Source: Andalucia godoyi And28 (taxonomy: Eukaryota; Protista; Jakobida). Taken from it: a DNA stretch of 64,000 nt. Location: the NCBI GenBank assembly GCA_009859145.1, contig VRVR01000040.1, positions 184,871 to 248,870 on the forward strand. Reading direction: 5' to 3'. Position numbers and translations under genes: made by a program. Numbering within the stretch: the stretch's first letter is position 1; the number at the start of each line of letters is the position of its first letter. This document shows positions 29,754 to 40,767 of the stretch, in pieces. The notes below the pieces were generated by a model, which saw nothing but the letters and a program-made list of their open reading frames with translations, was not told the origin of the DNA and made no database searches.

Positions 29754-32030
29754 ATGTTTCGATTATTGAGGGCGCATGGTATCCAGAGTCATGTGCGGAT
29801 AGCAAAGGAGTCGCTCTCTATGTTTTCTGCACCGACGAAACGTGTCGACTCTGTGTTGCTTGTTTCGCGCTCCTTTGCGTCTTTTCTTGGTGGACAAGAT
29901 GCACGATTGAAGAGCTCAGAGGCGCTTGCAAACATGTTTCCAGATAACAGTGCGCAGCAAGCTCGCTATTTGAAGCAACTGCGGTCGGTCGATCCAGAGT
30001 CGGTAGTCAAGCGGTATGAATCGCTCAAGTACGCATCTTCGGCGGATGCATATCAAGAGTATCTGCTGGCATGCGGTGCTTTGGGAATGCTGAATAGGGC
30101 GATTCCAGACTATGGGAGCAATACGTCGGTCTCGAAGCTCACAAGCAGCAGCCACATGAACTATCCGGGAAATGTCGCTACTGCGCAGAACCCAATGATG
30201 ATCGGCAGCAATCCTGCCGCGTTCTCATATCCGCCTCCACCTGCCCCTTCTTTCCAGCAGCAGCAGTATCCATATTCATCATCGCAACAGCCAGTTCAGC
30301 AAAATCAACATCCACAAATGCAAATGAATATGAATCCTGCTGCTGGATATCCGACGTTCACAGCGAACTTTGCGGGTAGCGGCGGAAACCCGCCGAATGT
30401 GCCGGAAGTCGATTTCAGCAAGCCAATCAATGTTGTGTTGGCGGAACCGTCGACGTCATCACAGTTCTGGAGGACAATCAAGATGGCGGTTACGGGAATC
30501 ATTCTTGTTTCTGCAATGGGCGTTTTTGTGGAAGATCGTGCGGGGCTGTCGCGGAACATGTCGTTCAATCCAGAAGCCAACGCACACAAGCCAGTGGATG
30601 TCCGTTTCGAGGATGTAAAGGGATGTGATGAGTGCAAGAGCGAGGTCATCGAGGTTGTGGACTTCCTCAGAGATCCTGCAAAGTTTACGAGGCTCGGCGG
30701 AAAGCTGCCCAAGGGGTTGTTGCTCGTGGGGCCGCCTGGCACGGGAAAGACGCTGTTGGCGAAGGCGATCGCAGGAGAGGCAGGAGTTCCTTTCTTGTAT
30801 GTCTCGGGTTCGGAGTTTGAGGAGATGTTTGTTGGAGTTGGTGCCAAACGGGTGCGCGAATTGTTCGCGGCTGCAAAGAAGTTTGCACCTTGCATTGTGT
30901 TTATTGATGAAATCGACGCAGTGGGAGCAACAAGAAACCCGCGCGATCAGCAGCACTTGCGAATGACGCTCAACCAGCTTTTGGCCGAAATGGACGGATT
31001 CAACTCGCAGGAAGGGATCATCGTCATTGGAGCGACCAACTTTGCGCAGGCGTTGGACAAGGCCTTGATTCGTCCGGGTCGATTTGACCGAACGGTTGTC
31101 GTTCCTGCACCCGATGTCAAAGGCAGAGAAGAAATTCTCAAAGTGCATTTCGAGAAGAACAAGGTCCCGCGCGATGCGACTGTCAACTTACAGATGCTTG
31201 CAAGAAATACCCCTGGTTTCTGCGGAGCGGATCTTGCGAATCTGGTCAACATTGCAGCATTGCGCGCTGCACTGAAGAACAAACAGGCGGTTTCCGTGGA
31301 GGAAATCGAGTTTGCCCGAGACCGGATCCTCATGGGCATTGAAAGAAGCTCTTTTAAGCAGTCTCCAGAAGCAAAGCGTCTGACTGCGTATCATGAAGGC
31401 GGACATGCGCTGGTCGCTCTCTTGACCGAGGGTGCTTCTCCGATTCACAAGGCAACCATTGTTCCTCGTGGCCAGGCCCTGGGAATGGTGCAGCAAGTTC
31501 CAAAAGAAGGAGAAGGAGAAGGATACACTCGCAAGCAGATGAGGGCAATGGTGGATGTCTGCATGGGTGGACGTGTTGCGGAGGAACTCATTTTTGGCCG
31601 CGATGAAATTACTACGGGTGCATCATCTGACATTGAGCAGGCGACCCGCATTGCCCGAGAAATGATTACTAGATACGGGATGAGTGACCTGCTAGGTCCT
31701 GTGGATTACGCCCAGAAGGAAGGTTCTGTAATCTCGGAGGAGACCAGGAAGCAGATCGAGGTTGAAGTGCGCGAGATGGTCGCGCAATCCTATGAACGAG
31801 TCCGGAGATTGCTCAAGTCGAATGAAAAGGACCTGCATTCAGTGGCGAAAACATTGCTAGACAGGGAAACTTTGACGGGCGTCGAGATCATGAACCTCGT
31901 CCAAAAGGGACCGCATTACATTGCTTCAAACACAGCAAAACTTGGCTCGGTCCGCGACGCACCGACTGCTCCCCCGGCTGCTCCTGCGAAGCCAGCGCAA
32001 AAGGCAAAATCCAAACTCTTAGAGGCCTAA
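29754..32030 (+). CDS. YME1: Mitochondrial i-AAA protease (FtsH/YME1)
   Basis: Presequence-like N-terminus, single [31 protein letters not shown] zinc motif. Confidence 0.92.
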   Translation: MFRLLRAHGIQSHVRIAKESLSMFSAPTKRVDSVLLVSRSFASFLGGQDARLKSSEALANMFPDNSAQQARYLKQLRSVDPESVVKRYESLKYASSADAYQEYLLACGALGMLNRAIPDYGSNTSVSKLTSSSHMNYPGNVATAQNPMMIGSNPAAFSYPPPPAPSFQQQQYPYSSSQQPVQQNQHPQMQMNMNPAAGYPTFTANFAGSGGNPPNVPEVDFSKPINVVLAEPSTSSQFWRTIKMAVTGIILVSAMGVFVEDRAGLSRNMSFNPEANAHKPVDVRFEDVKGCDECKSEVIEVVDFLRDPAKFTRLGGKLPKGLLLVGPPGTGKTLLAKAIAGEAGVPFLYVSGSEFEEMFVGVGAKRVRELFAAAKKFAPCIVFIDEIDAVGATRNPRDQQHLRMTLNQLLAEMDGFNSQEGIIVIGATNFAQALDKALIRPGRFDRTVVVPAPDVKGREEILKVHFEKNKVPRDATVNLQMLARNTPGFCGADLANLVNIAALRAALKNKQAVSVEEIEFARDRILMGIERSSFKQSPEAKRLTAYHEGGHALVALLTEGASPIHKATIVPRGQALGMVQQVPKEGEGEGYTRKQMRAMVDVCMGGRVAEELIFGRDEITTGASSDIEQATRIAREMITRYGMSDLLGPVDYAQKEGSVISEETRKQIEVEVREMVAQSYERVRRLLKSNEKDLHSVAKTLLDRETLTGVEIMNLVQKGPHYIASNTAKLGSVRDAPTAPPAAPAKPAQKAKSKLLEA

Positions 32031-32192
32031 TTGTAAAATGCAACAACTCGACGAACAATCAAGCCAAACAGGAAAAAAGCCTCCACCACGGGAAGAACAT
32101 CTTTGTGGCTATACGCGTGTTTCTTCTTCTTCTTCTTCTTCTTGTTGTTGTTGTTGTTGTTGTTGTTATTATTATTGTTGTTGTTGCTGCTG

Positions 32193-32903
32193 TTAAAGAC
32201 CGATACCTGTGTAGTGGTACCGTATCATGTCCGTCGGGTACCTCCAGAGACGGAGCTGCTCAGTGGAGCTCAAATCATCTCTGACCTTCACCCATTGATT
32301 CCAGTCCGCTCCCTCCGAAATCATTCGTCGAATCAACGCACCATCCACTGTCGGTCGCGATTCTCTTGACGCTTCAAATGCGCTTGCCTCTCTCTCCACT
32401 TCCTGCGACAGTTCCGGATCGTCCGACACGGAGACATCCGGAAACACAACCAATGCGCGCATTGCCCACCACGAGCCGAACGACGGATGCCATGACAGCC
32501 AAGCAGTTTCCACAAAATGCGCCAACCGTGCTTGGTGGGCAAGGCGCAGGAAGTCCAGTCTGGTGTCACTGTGCATGTCGTACACCCACCGGACAGCGGC
32601 AGTGGAGCTGTCTTGGAGACCGACTGCGTGTGCAGCAGCACGCACTTCGTCGAGCGCATCCTGGATGGAGCTACAGCAGTACTCGTCGACTGGGTTGCGG
32701 GACCTTTTCGCTCGCGCGTACTCTGCAAACGACGGCCATGCAGACTTTGTGTTTCCGATTAAGAAACACAGCGCATCGCTCTTGGACACGGACGGGAAGT
32801 TCGGCAACCGTACCCAGTTCGCTGGAAACGCATGGCACACATCCAGTTTGCAGTCCACTTGGAGCTTGCGTCGGAAAATCTGTAGCAAGGTTGACCCAGA
32901 CAT
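32193..32903 (-). CDS. MMACHC: MMACHC/CblC-like cobalamin-processing protein
   Basis: LIGNTKSAW, NPVDEY, LAHQARLAHF, HPSFGSWWAMRALVVF, IRYHYT. Confidence 0.8.
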   Translation of the reverse strand: MSGSTLLQIFRRKLQVDCKLDVCHAFPANWVRLPNFPSVSKSDALCFLIGNTKSAWPSFAEYARAKRSRNPVDEYCCSSIQDALDEVRAAAHAVGLQDSSTAAVRWVYDMHSDTRLDFLRLAHQARLAHFVETAWLSWHPSFGSWWAMRALVVFPDVSVSDDPELSQEVEREASAFEASRESRPTVDGALIRRMISEGADWNQWVKVRDDLSSTEQLRLWRYPTDMIRYHYTGIGL

Positions 32904-33056
32904 GTCGCCGACACTCGTTTCTTTTTATACTCGCGCGGCTGCACAGTGCACGTTGCGGTTGCAGTTGCCCCGAGGTTTCACCAAATTGCTCTCGTGCGAG
33001 CTTGGGCGGGGTAGCGGATGGGTCTCTCCAAAACAACTGCACTCTCTATACTCTGT

Positions 33057-33175
33057 AGGTACGGCCATACTAGAGTGAAAATACCGCATCCCGTCCGATT
33101 TGCGAAGTCAAGTGCTCTCAGGCTGGAGTAGTACTGAGGTGGGTGACCACTCGGGAATTCCCAGTGCTGTACTTT
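33057..33175 (+). rRNA. 5S: Cytosolic 5S rRNA, single dispersed copy
   Basis: GTACGGCCATAC...CCGTCCGAT...GAAGTCAAG...AGTAGTACTG...GACC...GGGAAT...GTGCTGTAC, followed by a T6 Pol III terminator. The 5' end is uncertain by 1-2 nt. Confidence 0.97.
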
Positions 33176-33178
33176 TTT
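33173..33178 (+). terminator. Pol III oligo-T terminator of the 5S gene
   Basis: TTTTTT directly after the 3' stem. Confidence 0.85.
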
Positions 33179-33357
33179 ACGACTTTTTGCTTCTGTTGCA
33201 GATTTCAAATGTGGTCGCTCCGCTTTTTGCTGCGTCTGTGGCTTTAGATTTTTTTAAAAATATAATATATATTTAATTTACATTTTAAAGAGTTAGCTTC
33301 AGGTCACTGCGTTCTTTTTCTTCCCAAGCCCTTCAGATATAACCCAAGGAAAAGAAG

Positions 33358-33990
33358 ATGCGTCGAGGTGGTTCTCTGCAGAAAGGGAAGCCGGGGTTCA
33401 AGTACGGTGCATACAAGCTGTTTGTGATATCGCTTGTATACGTCATTATTTCGTTTATTGTGACGATCGTTGCAATGTCCACTCGTGGGTGGCTCTATCA
33501 AAAGCTGGAGACTGGCGAGCTCGACAAGTACACCAACGTCGGTCTAGTGGACTACACGATCGAAACAATGGGTGCTGTGAAGTCTCATTCGTCGCATCTC
33601 ATCCGCGACTTGTCCGGAGAAAAGGCATCCGACATGATTTCAGCGTCGCAGCAGACAATGGTGTACCTTGTCTTTGCACTGTTCCCTGCATTGGCGTACA
33701 TGGTCTTTGCGGGACTGTACATCCGGTCTCTTGGAAACAAGCGGTGGGAAATCCCAATGCTTGTTGCTCTCGCAGTGCACTTTGCATTGATTGTTCTTGC
33801 AGTGATTGTCTATGGGTCGCTGCGACCGCGAGGCCCCACTGTTGTGTTTGCAGGATTCTCGTTCCTGTACTCATACATTATGATGGTTACGAATGCAGTG
33901 TTTCTTGTGCCCTGCATCATCTTCCATGGTTTAGAAATCAGATCGCGGTATTTCGTAGAAAAGAAGCTGGGTTGGCCGTTCCGCATTTAG
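33358..33990 (+). CDS. Four-TM claudin-superfamily-like membrane protein
   Basis: Four hydrophobic helices; STRGW...NVGL after TM1. Confidence 0.65.
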   Translation: MRRGGSLQKGKPGFKYGAYKLFVISLVYVIISFIVTIVAMSTRGWLYQKLETGELDKYTNVGLVDYTIETMGAVKSHSSHLIRDLSGEKASDMISASQQTMVYLVFALFPALAYMVFAGLYIRSLGNKRWEIPMLVALAVHFALIVLAVIVYGSLRPRGPTVVFAGFSFLYSYIMMVTNAVFLVPCIIFHGLEIRSRYFVEKKLGWPFRI

Positions 33991-33995
33991 CTTCG

Positions 33996-34925
33996 CTAGT
34001 GGTGCTCAAGATAGGAACAGGCTGTTCTCGATACCTGCGCAATCATCGCCGCCGTTTGGTCCAGAGACGAGAACGGAGACCCGGAGGGGGATAGAGCGCT
34101 TGGTTCGGATGATCGATAGTGGGCTACGAACTCCACGCTCCCGTCTCTTCCAACAATCTCTGGAAACACAATCTCACTCATGGCGAGTTTGGGACCAACG
34201 ATCGCAGAGCAAGTTTCTGTATGTCGGGTAAGTATGGCTTGGAAGAATGCTTCGTCCTGCTTGGGAACGATCCTTTTTCGTTTCCCGGTGTCCAACAGCT
34301 CCAGTTCATATTGCGGCTTCACGAGCATAATCAAATGCTGAAGCGGCACTGCTGCGAGCTGGCCGGACTTGGCAAATGCTCCAAGCAACTTTGAAACGGA
34401 AATAAAAGACACATCGATCGTCGCAATGGTAGTTTTCTCTAGATGATGTGCAGCATCGGCCATTCGCATGTTTCGGAAGTCCGTTCCTTCCTTCACGGTG
34501 ACGCGGGGATCGCAGCGGAGCGAAGAGTGCAGCTGTTCGGTCCCCACGTCACATGCAATGACGTGCGAAGCACCTCTGCGCAGCAACTCGTGGGTGAACC
34601 CTCCGGTGGAAGACCCGATATCGAGACACGTCTGTTCGTGCACATACACCTGGTGCTTGAACATGTCCAGCGATTTGCGGAGCTTGATTGCTGCCCTGGA
34701 GACCGCGCCAAAGCCATATGGCCCTTCGGACACGTCGATCGTCACCCTGGGCCGCAGCAGATTCCAGTCAGCGACCGTGGAGGGAACCAGCTTCGTAGGA
34801 ACGCACGCACTTGTTGCATTCGGCGCACATACGTCAAGCACCACCTTGCCGAGTCGAACAAGCTCTGCTGCATGGACTCGCGTGGATGCAAGTCCTAGAG
34901 TGACCAGAAGCTTGTCCAGGCGCAT
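33996..34925 (-). CDS. tlyA: TlyA-family rRNA 2'-O-methyltransferase (S4 + FtsJ domains)
   Basis: MRLDKLLV..GLA.TR, SRAAIKL, LDIGSSTGGFT, DVGTEQL, DVSFIS, LVKPQYE, GRDGSVEF; K-D-K-E tetrad intact. Confidence 0.92.
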   Translation of the reverse strand: MRLDKLLVTLGLASTRVHAAELVRLGKVVLDVCAPNATSACVPTKLVPSTVADWNLLRPRVTIDVSEGPYGFGAVSRAAIKLRKSLDMFKHQVYVHEQTCLDIGSSTGGFTHELLRRGASHVIACDVGTEQLHSSLRCDPRVTVKEGTDFRNMRMADAAHHLEKTTIATIDVSFISVSKLLGAFAKSGQLAAVPLQHLIMLVKPQYELELLDTGKRKRIVPKQDEAFFQAILTRHTETCSAIVGPKLAMSEIVFPEIVGRDGSVEFVAHYRSSEPSALSPSGSPFSSLDQTAAMIAQVSRTACSYLEHH

Positions 34926-35252
34926 GCAGTCCTGTTCGCACAATCAAAAAAAAAACCCCCCCTCCCTTCCCCTCTCCAACCTTTTTTAAAAGTTATTATT
35001 ATTTAATTGATATTAGTACATATAGACAAGATAACGAAAAAGATTGAGCGGGGAGGTTGTGTCACTGTGTGTCACCGCGCGTCAGTCCACAAAAAAGGAA
35101 TTGCTGTTGCACCTGTTCCGGTTTTATTTTCCGCCACGCTCTTGCCTCTTTCCTTTGGGTTTACTTCTCTCTTTTACTTACGATTCTTCCTATACACTTT
35201 CATCCCCCCTTCTTTTAAAATTGTCCGAGAGGGCCTCAGCGGGTTTATTGCC

Positions 35253-38200
35253 ATGACATCCTATGCCCCGCTTGACATCAAGTCTCCCAACCGCCGCAAG
35301 GTCGCTGTTGCAGGAGGTTTAATATTTCTGTTTGCTGCGATCGGAACATTGGTTACTGTGTCGATCCTCGGATCCGAGTCGGAGAGCTTTACCTCGCAGG
35401 ATGCAGCCAAGACGCAAGCCCTGCATTCACGCTTGCATGATGCCGTGCAGAAGTCGCCGAGTGCACTGCAACTGAACGACCAGCTTCTGAGCTCTGACGT
35501 TTCCACCGTGTTTTCCAAGGCACTCGGGTCGCCTTCGATGTCTGTGACCAAGCCGTCCGTGCAACTCATCCAGTCTGCAAAGTCGCAGCAGTCCGTTGTT
35601 GTTTCAGGGTCGTCAGTATTCCGAAACATCCATGTTGACTCGACGATTCAGCTGACGTTCGTGAACAGCAAGTTGGTAGTTGAAGCAGTCGGTGCGGTGG
35701 TAGCGCAGGCTGATAAAGACGCCATCGTGCATCCTGAGGTCCGCGCAGAGAATATCCAGCTGCGAATGTCTCGTGATGGAACATTGAGCAAGGCATGCAT
35801 GGTCTCCTTTGGCGGTTCCAAGGTAGAGGCTTCTGCGCCGTTCGAATCGTCCAACTTGCGTTTCCCTCTTCCGGATATCACAATCGGAAAGGTCAAGCTG
35901 ACCAAGATTGATGCGACGATCCAGAAGTCACCGCTTGAGTTTTCAATGACTGCTGTCGCGCTCGTTTTGTTCCCGGACGCTGAAGGTCGCGATCTGCAGT
36001 TTGATGTATCTGGAACTGTTGGAAAGGATATTCTTCAGTTCTCAGGTTCTCAAGACGGCCAGTGGAGTCTTTCCGAGGAGGTCACTCTTGAAAAGCTTGC
36101 AATCTCCTATGATTCTACAAAGGACGCTGGTCTGATCCAGGGCGGAGTAGGCTTTGGAAAATGGGCCCTCGTTCTGCAGTTTGATTTCAGCAAAAGCCAG
36201 GACACGACTGCGGATATTGCCTTTGTTTTGATGCCCGAAGTTGGATCTTCTGTTCAGCTTTCTGGTCTTCCGGGATCAGCAGCTGTTGCTGATCCTTCGG
36301 GATTTTCGGTGTCCAACGCAGCAGTTGTGATCGCAAACTATGCTGGTAGCCTTGCCGTGTTTTCAACAGGATCTCTTTCGTTCGTCGACGGCGTGACGAT
36401 CACGTGCGAAGCGTCGTTGGATGCTGCATCTTTGACCCTGACGGGCACGTATATTCCGAAGTCCAAGTCTTTCGAATTGGAAGGTGATTTCTCCAACTTT
36501 GTTTTGGGAAAGGATCTGACTCTCACGGGAACTAAGTTCGTCGTCCAGTCCCCGGCTCAGCCCGTGTTCTCCATCCAATCTGCACTTACTTGGGGCTCAT
36601 TGACTGTTAATCTGGTTGGAACATTCTCGAACTCGGATATTGTCTTTGCGGCCTCGACTATGGGAACGGTTTGGCACATTCCTGTTGGAAAGGATGGCAT
36701 CGATGTCCAGAATGTTCAGTTGAATGTCGACTACCACCGCCAGACCAAGACCACGTCTGCGGATGTTCAGGGATCTGTCGTGTTTGGCCAGGGCGTTACG
36801 TTGAACGTGGATATGAAGTATCCTGCGGATTCTTCTTCTGCACCTGGATGCTATGCTTTGACTGTGTCGACTTCCACACAGCTTTCGGTGTCAAACGTTC
36901 TTGGAAAGATGCTGTCGTCGAACGACATTGCATCTGCGTACGTTGAGGATGTCCAAGAGTTGTTCGCCGCTTCTCTGGAGTCCATGACCTTTACCATCTG
37001 GCCGAACTGCGACTTTGTCTCTCTGGACGGTGTTATTGCAACCAAGGTTTTTGGAAACTCGGAAGCCACCATTACTGTTCAAAAGTACGCTGGTGTCGGA
37101 CAAGTTGTGGACTCGATTGCCGCAAACCTGAAGACCAACCCTTCGGTCACGGTCTCTCCGGGAGTAACATCAACGGTGAAGGATGCGCTTGCCGCGCTTT
37201 CTGGAGCAATTTCGTCTTCACAGGTTTCGACAGTTTTTGCGATTTCCCAGCTCTCCGATGTTGCAATGTCGACTGTGGTGCCGGAGCTTGTCTCTTCGTT
37301 ACCGTCAACGTTGCTTGTTCCGTTCCCTGGTAATGCCGAAGTGTCTGCATCGCAAGTGCTCGACGCTATTGAAGCTTTCCTTCCCGTCGGAACTCGCGTC
37401 ACATGCGATGTTTCCGGTGACTGGCACTTTGAGTTCCACGTTAAGCCGGTTTCCCAGCAGTATCCGATCAACACACCGCCAGGCCTGCACCTGACGTCAC
37501 CTTCGTTTGCTCTGACGTCTGCGTCCATGGCACTGACTTTGGATATTACCTTCATTGCCAAGCAAGGACTGAACTTCAATGCCGAATTGGATGTCGCTCA
37601 CTCCACGCACGCTCGTTTGCAGAAGCTTGCAACATACATGGCCGCTGGGTGCCAATCGGTGTCGTACGAGATTCAAGGATCCATCACGAAGACTGCATGG
37701 TCTGTGGCTTTCGAAATCCCGAAAGGTTGCATTTCTCTGAATCACGACGAGTATGAACTTTCCGCGGTCACCGTCCAAATTCAGGATTCCGAGCCCCAGT
37801 TGACTGTTGATTCGACGCTGATGGTTGTGAAACAGAACTATGGATTTGCGGTTTCAGGAACGGTTGATGATAAGGGATTTACCTTGAATGGCCAATCCGA
37901 TGGTACGATTCAGCTGAACGTCGGTCACGATCCGCTGACTGTGGATTCCCTCTCCATCACGGTTTCTGACGAGTCTGGAACATTCGACACAGACATCAAG
38001 GGTTCCGTGACCATCAACGAACATGCTCATTTCTCAGTGGAGTCCAAAGTCGACTCCGCCTCTGGCTTCTACTTCTCCGGACAACTTTCGTACGACCAGG
38101 GATATGCACCGACGCTTGCTGACCTCGTTGATCGTTTGCTTGGATCTGCCTCTTTCCAGAGCGATATTCCGATGCCCAACGATTTCCGGTCTCGTGTCTC

Positions 38201-40331
38201 TGCTGTTCAATTCATTGGCGGTGATGTGACTATCCAGTCGCAGCCGCCGACGTTCAAGTTGGACGGAAAGGTTTCTGCCTTTGGTGAAGAGCTTGATTTC
38301 TCGCTCTCCTACACAAATGGTCAATTTGCTTTTGCAATCTCGTTCGCTCTGAAACCAAACTTCCAGTTCTCCGACATTTTCCCAGATATCAAGTCGCTGG
38401 ATGATCTCAAGACCATGTCTCCGGCCGTGATCATCGCAAACGCAGAGTCTGAGATGAATCTCCCGGGCGGTTCGATTAGCTACTCCGCATCTCAAGGTCT
38501 CAACTTCGTTGCAGGGCTGCAACTGGATCCGACCAAGCACGCGCAAGCTCAAATCGGGAAGTGGACTGGAAAAGACGAGTTCCTCATCGAAGGTGTGATT
38601 GTGACGGAAACGAACTTCAAGCTTGTTGCCGATGCGCAGGTTGACTTCACACTGTTCCACCGCGCCGACATGGCGGATGCAGGAGTTTTCTTTGCAATCG
38701 ATGGTACGGATGTCAAGGTTGGCATTGACGGAAAGCTGACGTTCTCCCTGTCTTCGCGCGCAGACGACGATCTCTCGTTCTTTGGAGACCTTTTTGTTGA
38801 CGAGGAAGGCGCTGGTTTCGACGCCGGAATGACGACACCGTGGTCCAATCCGTTCGGCATCCCGGGTGTCACTCTTGACCAGTGCGAGGTTTCTCTCACG
38901 TTGAGCCCTGTTTTTGTCCCGACACAGTTCGGCATTTCCGGAGGACTCAAGATCGGTTCTGTTGGTGGCGACGCATTGGTTTATGCAGACGTTGGTGAGC
39001 TGCAGAAATCTGTTCTTGCCGCTGCTGTGGAGAACATCCGACTCGGCGATATCACGGAGAGCATTTTCGGCCACTCCAATGTTCCCGAGACTCTTGCCAA
39101 GACGGTCTTTGACGTCTCCATGCAAGACGCAGATGTTTCTATCAACTTTTCCGGCGAAGATCTCGAATTTGATGGAAAGACCTATGACCAAGGATTCAAG
39201 CTCGATGTGGATATGCTGGATCTGTGGGAAATCATCAAGGGCTCAGCGCATGTCGACATTGATCCGTCGCACGGTGTTTCGGTTTCGGGTTCCATGGACC
39301 CCGTTCACTTTGGCGATGTCCTGGATGTCTCCGAGGTCCAATTAGACATTGTGCTGATGAATAACCAGCCTCCCCGCTTCGGCTTCGATGGCGCGGTTTC
39401 GATTCTCGGTGCTTCGATGGCTGCCGATATTCAGCTGTCTGATACTTCCGCGATGGTGTATGTGGAGTTCAAGCTTGGTTCTCTGCTCGATTTCTTGATG
39501 AACTGCTCTGCTGCTGGATCGGATTTTCATCACCCCACGGACTTCAGTGTTCTTGCGGAGCTCAATGACGGCCTCCTTGACTGGGTCTCCACCAAGATTC
39601 CCGAGTATGCTCAACAGGCAAAGGCAGATGCAGACAGTGCGTTCGACAAGGTGCTTGCAGATCTCCAGGACAAGAAGAATAGTCTGGATTCCATCTCTGC
39701 CGAGATTGATGCGATCAAGGCACAGGACCAGCGCGATCTTTCTGCCGCAGAACAGAAGTTCCTTGACGCCAAGGCAGATGTTGTTCGATTCCAGTCTCAT
39801 GTGGACGAGCTACAGAGCTCGATCAACGCCGACGAGGATGCCCGCTCGCACTGCAAGTGGTACCAGCTGACGTGCAAGGGTTGGTATGACGTGAAGATCG
39901 CCGCCTTGTGGGTTGCGAAGCATGTGGCAGACGGAGTGTTGGAGGTAGCCGTTGGCGTTTTGGATGTTGCCGAGGCAGCACTGGAGAAGATTCCGGAAGT
40001 CGATCCGCGTGTCCTGACTCTTGAAGCAGAGCGTGGAGTTGCTCTTGCCGCAATCTCCGTTGCAGAGGCTGCTGTGGAGGCTGCCGAGTCTGTGACCAAT
40101 ATGATCGACAACACCATTTCGTGGGTCGCCCGTGGCCTGGGAAAGGTCTTCAACATTGAACATGCTCTGTTGTCGGGATCCTTGTCGAAGATCAAGGCCG
40201 GTGATCTCGCCGACGTCCAACTGGAGGGCTACTTCCTTGGAAAACATGTTGATTTCAACGTGGACATCAACCTTCAACTTCTGGATAACTTTGCAGCCGA
40301 CATCTGGCATGCATTGATGAAGATGTTTTGA
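35253..40331 (+). CDS. Giant (~1690 aa) membrane-anchored beta-repeat protein with C-terminal coiled coil/amphipathic helices
   Basis: Intronless ORF; likely ATG 35253; N-terminal TM; imperfect internal repeats; C-terminal CKWYQLTCKGW plus Ala/Val-rich helices. Confidence 0.85.
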   Translation: MTSYAPLDIKSPNRRKVAVAGGLIFLFAAIGTLVTVSILGSESESFTSQDAAKTQALHSRLHDAVQKSPSALQLNDQLLSSDVSTVFSKALGSPSMSVTKPSVQLIQSAKSQQSVVVSGSSVFRNIHVDSTIQLTFVNSKLVVEAVGAVVAQADKDAIVHPEVRAENIQLRMSRDGTLSKACMVSFGGSKVEASAPFESSNLRFPLPDITIGKVKLTKIDATIQKSPLEFSMTAVALVLFPDAEGRDLQFDVSGTVGKDILQFSGSQDGQWSLSEEVTLEKLAISYDSTKDAGLIQGGVGFGKWALVLQFDFSKSQDTTADIAFVLMPEVGSSVQLSGLPGSAAVADPSGFSVSNAAVVIANYAGSLAVFSTGSLSFVDGVTITCEASLDAASLTLTGTYIPKSKSFELEGDFSNFVLGKDLTLTGTKFVVQSPAQPVFSIQSALTWGSLTVNLVGTFSNSDIVFAASTMGTVWHIPVGKDGIDVQNVQLNVDYHRQTKTTSADVQGSVVFGQGVTLNVDMKYPADSSSAPGCYALTVSTSTQLSVSNVLGKMLSSNDIASAYVEDVQELFAASLESMTFTIWPNCDFVSLDGVIATKVFGNSEATITVQKYAGVGQVVDSIAANLKTNPSVTVSPGVTSTVKDALAALSGAISSSQVSTVFAISQLSDVAMSTVVPELVSSLPSTLLVPFPGNAEVSASQVLDAIEAFLPVGTRVTCDVSGDWHFEFHVKPVSQQYPINTPPGLHLTSPSFALTSASMALTLDITFIAKQGLNFNAELDVAHSTHARLQKLATYMAAGCQSVSYEIQGSITKTAWSVAFEIPKGCISLNHDEYELSAVTVQIQDSEPQLTVDSTLMVVKQNYGFAVSGTVDDKGFTLNGQSDGTIQLNVGHDPLTVDSLSITVSDESGTFDTDIKGSVTINEHAHFSVESKVDSASGFYFSGQLSYDQGYAPTLADLVDRLLGSASFQSDIPMPNDFRSRVSAVQFIGGDVTIQSQPPTFKLDGKVSAFGEELDFSLSYTNGQFAFAISFALKPNFQFSDIFPDIKSLDDLKTMSPAVIIANAESEMNLPGGSISYSASQGLNFVAGLQLDPTKHAQAQIGKWTGKDEFLIEGVIVTETNFKLVADAQVDFTLFHRADMADAGVFFAIDGTDVKVGIDGKLTFSLSSRADDDLSFFGDLFVDEEGAGFDAGMTTPWSNPFGIPGVTLDQCEVSLTLSPVFVPTQFGISGGLKIGSVGGDALVYADVGELQKSVLAAAVENIRLGDITESIFGHSNVPETLAKTVFDVSMQDADVSINFSGEDLEFDGKTYDQGFKLDVDMLDLWEIIKGSAHVDIDPSHGVSVSGSMDPVHFGDVLDVSEVQLDIVLMNNQPPRFGFDGAVSILGASMAADIQLSDTSAMVYVEFKLGSLLDFLMNCSAAGSDFHHPTDFSVLAELNDGLLDWVSTKIPEYAQQAKADADSAFDKVLADLQDKKNSLDSISAEIDAIKAQDQRDLSAAEQKFLDAKADVVRFQSHVDELQSSINADEDARSHCKWYQLTCKGWYDVKIAALWVAKHVADGVLEVAVGVLDVAEAALEKIPEVDPRVLTLEAERGVALAAISVAEAAVEAAESVTNMIDNTISWVARGLGKVFNIEHALLSGSLSKIKAGDLADVQLEGYFLGKHVDFNVDINLQLLDNFAADIWHALMKMF

Positions 40332-40767
40332 TCCAGCAGCAAGGTGTTCTTCCCACCCCTTTCGTAAATAAAAAAGAGGACGTTTTAATTTTTTGTCCAC
40401 AGCTGTACATAACGTTATATGTATTTTTCCAGACGCCTAGCATCAATTTCAAGCGTTTTTTCAACATAGTCTCAAGTTCGGTCGCTGGAAAAAGGAAAAA
40501 GAGGGGGAGGGACCAGGTTCGTTCACTTCACACTTCACTGACCATAAAGACGATCCCCTTTTTATAGTATGTATTTGTGATCCCAAAGCCCGTTTTGATT
40601 TCTTCAACTTTATTAATATAATTAAATTTATTATTATTACTATCATTTATTTTATAATAATAATAATAATAATTTTTGTTGTTGGTGATTTTCTACACAA
40701 GTTTTTTTCACTCTTGTTATTGTTTTACTGTTTTGGTGCTGGATTCTTATTCTTCTCGAGATTGTCG

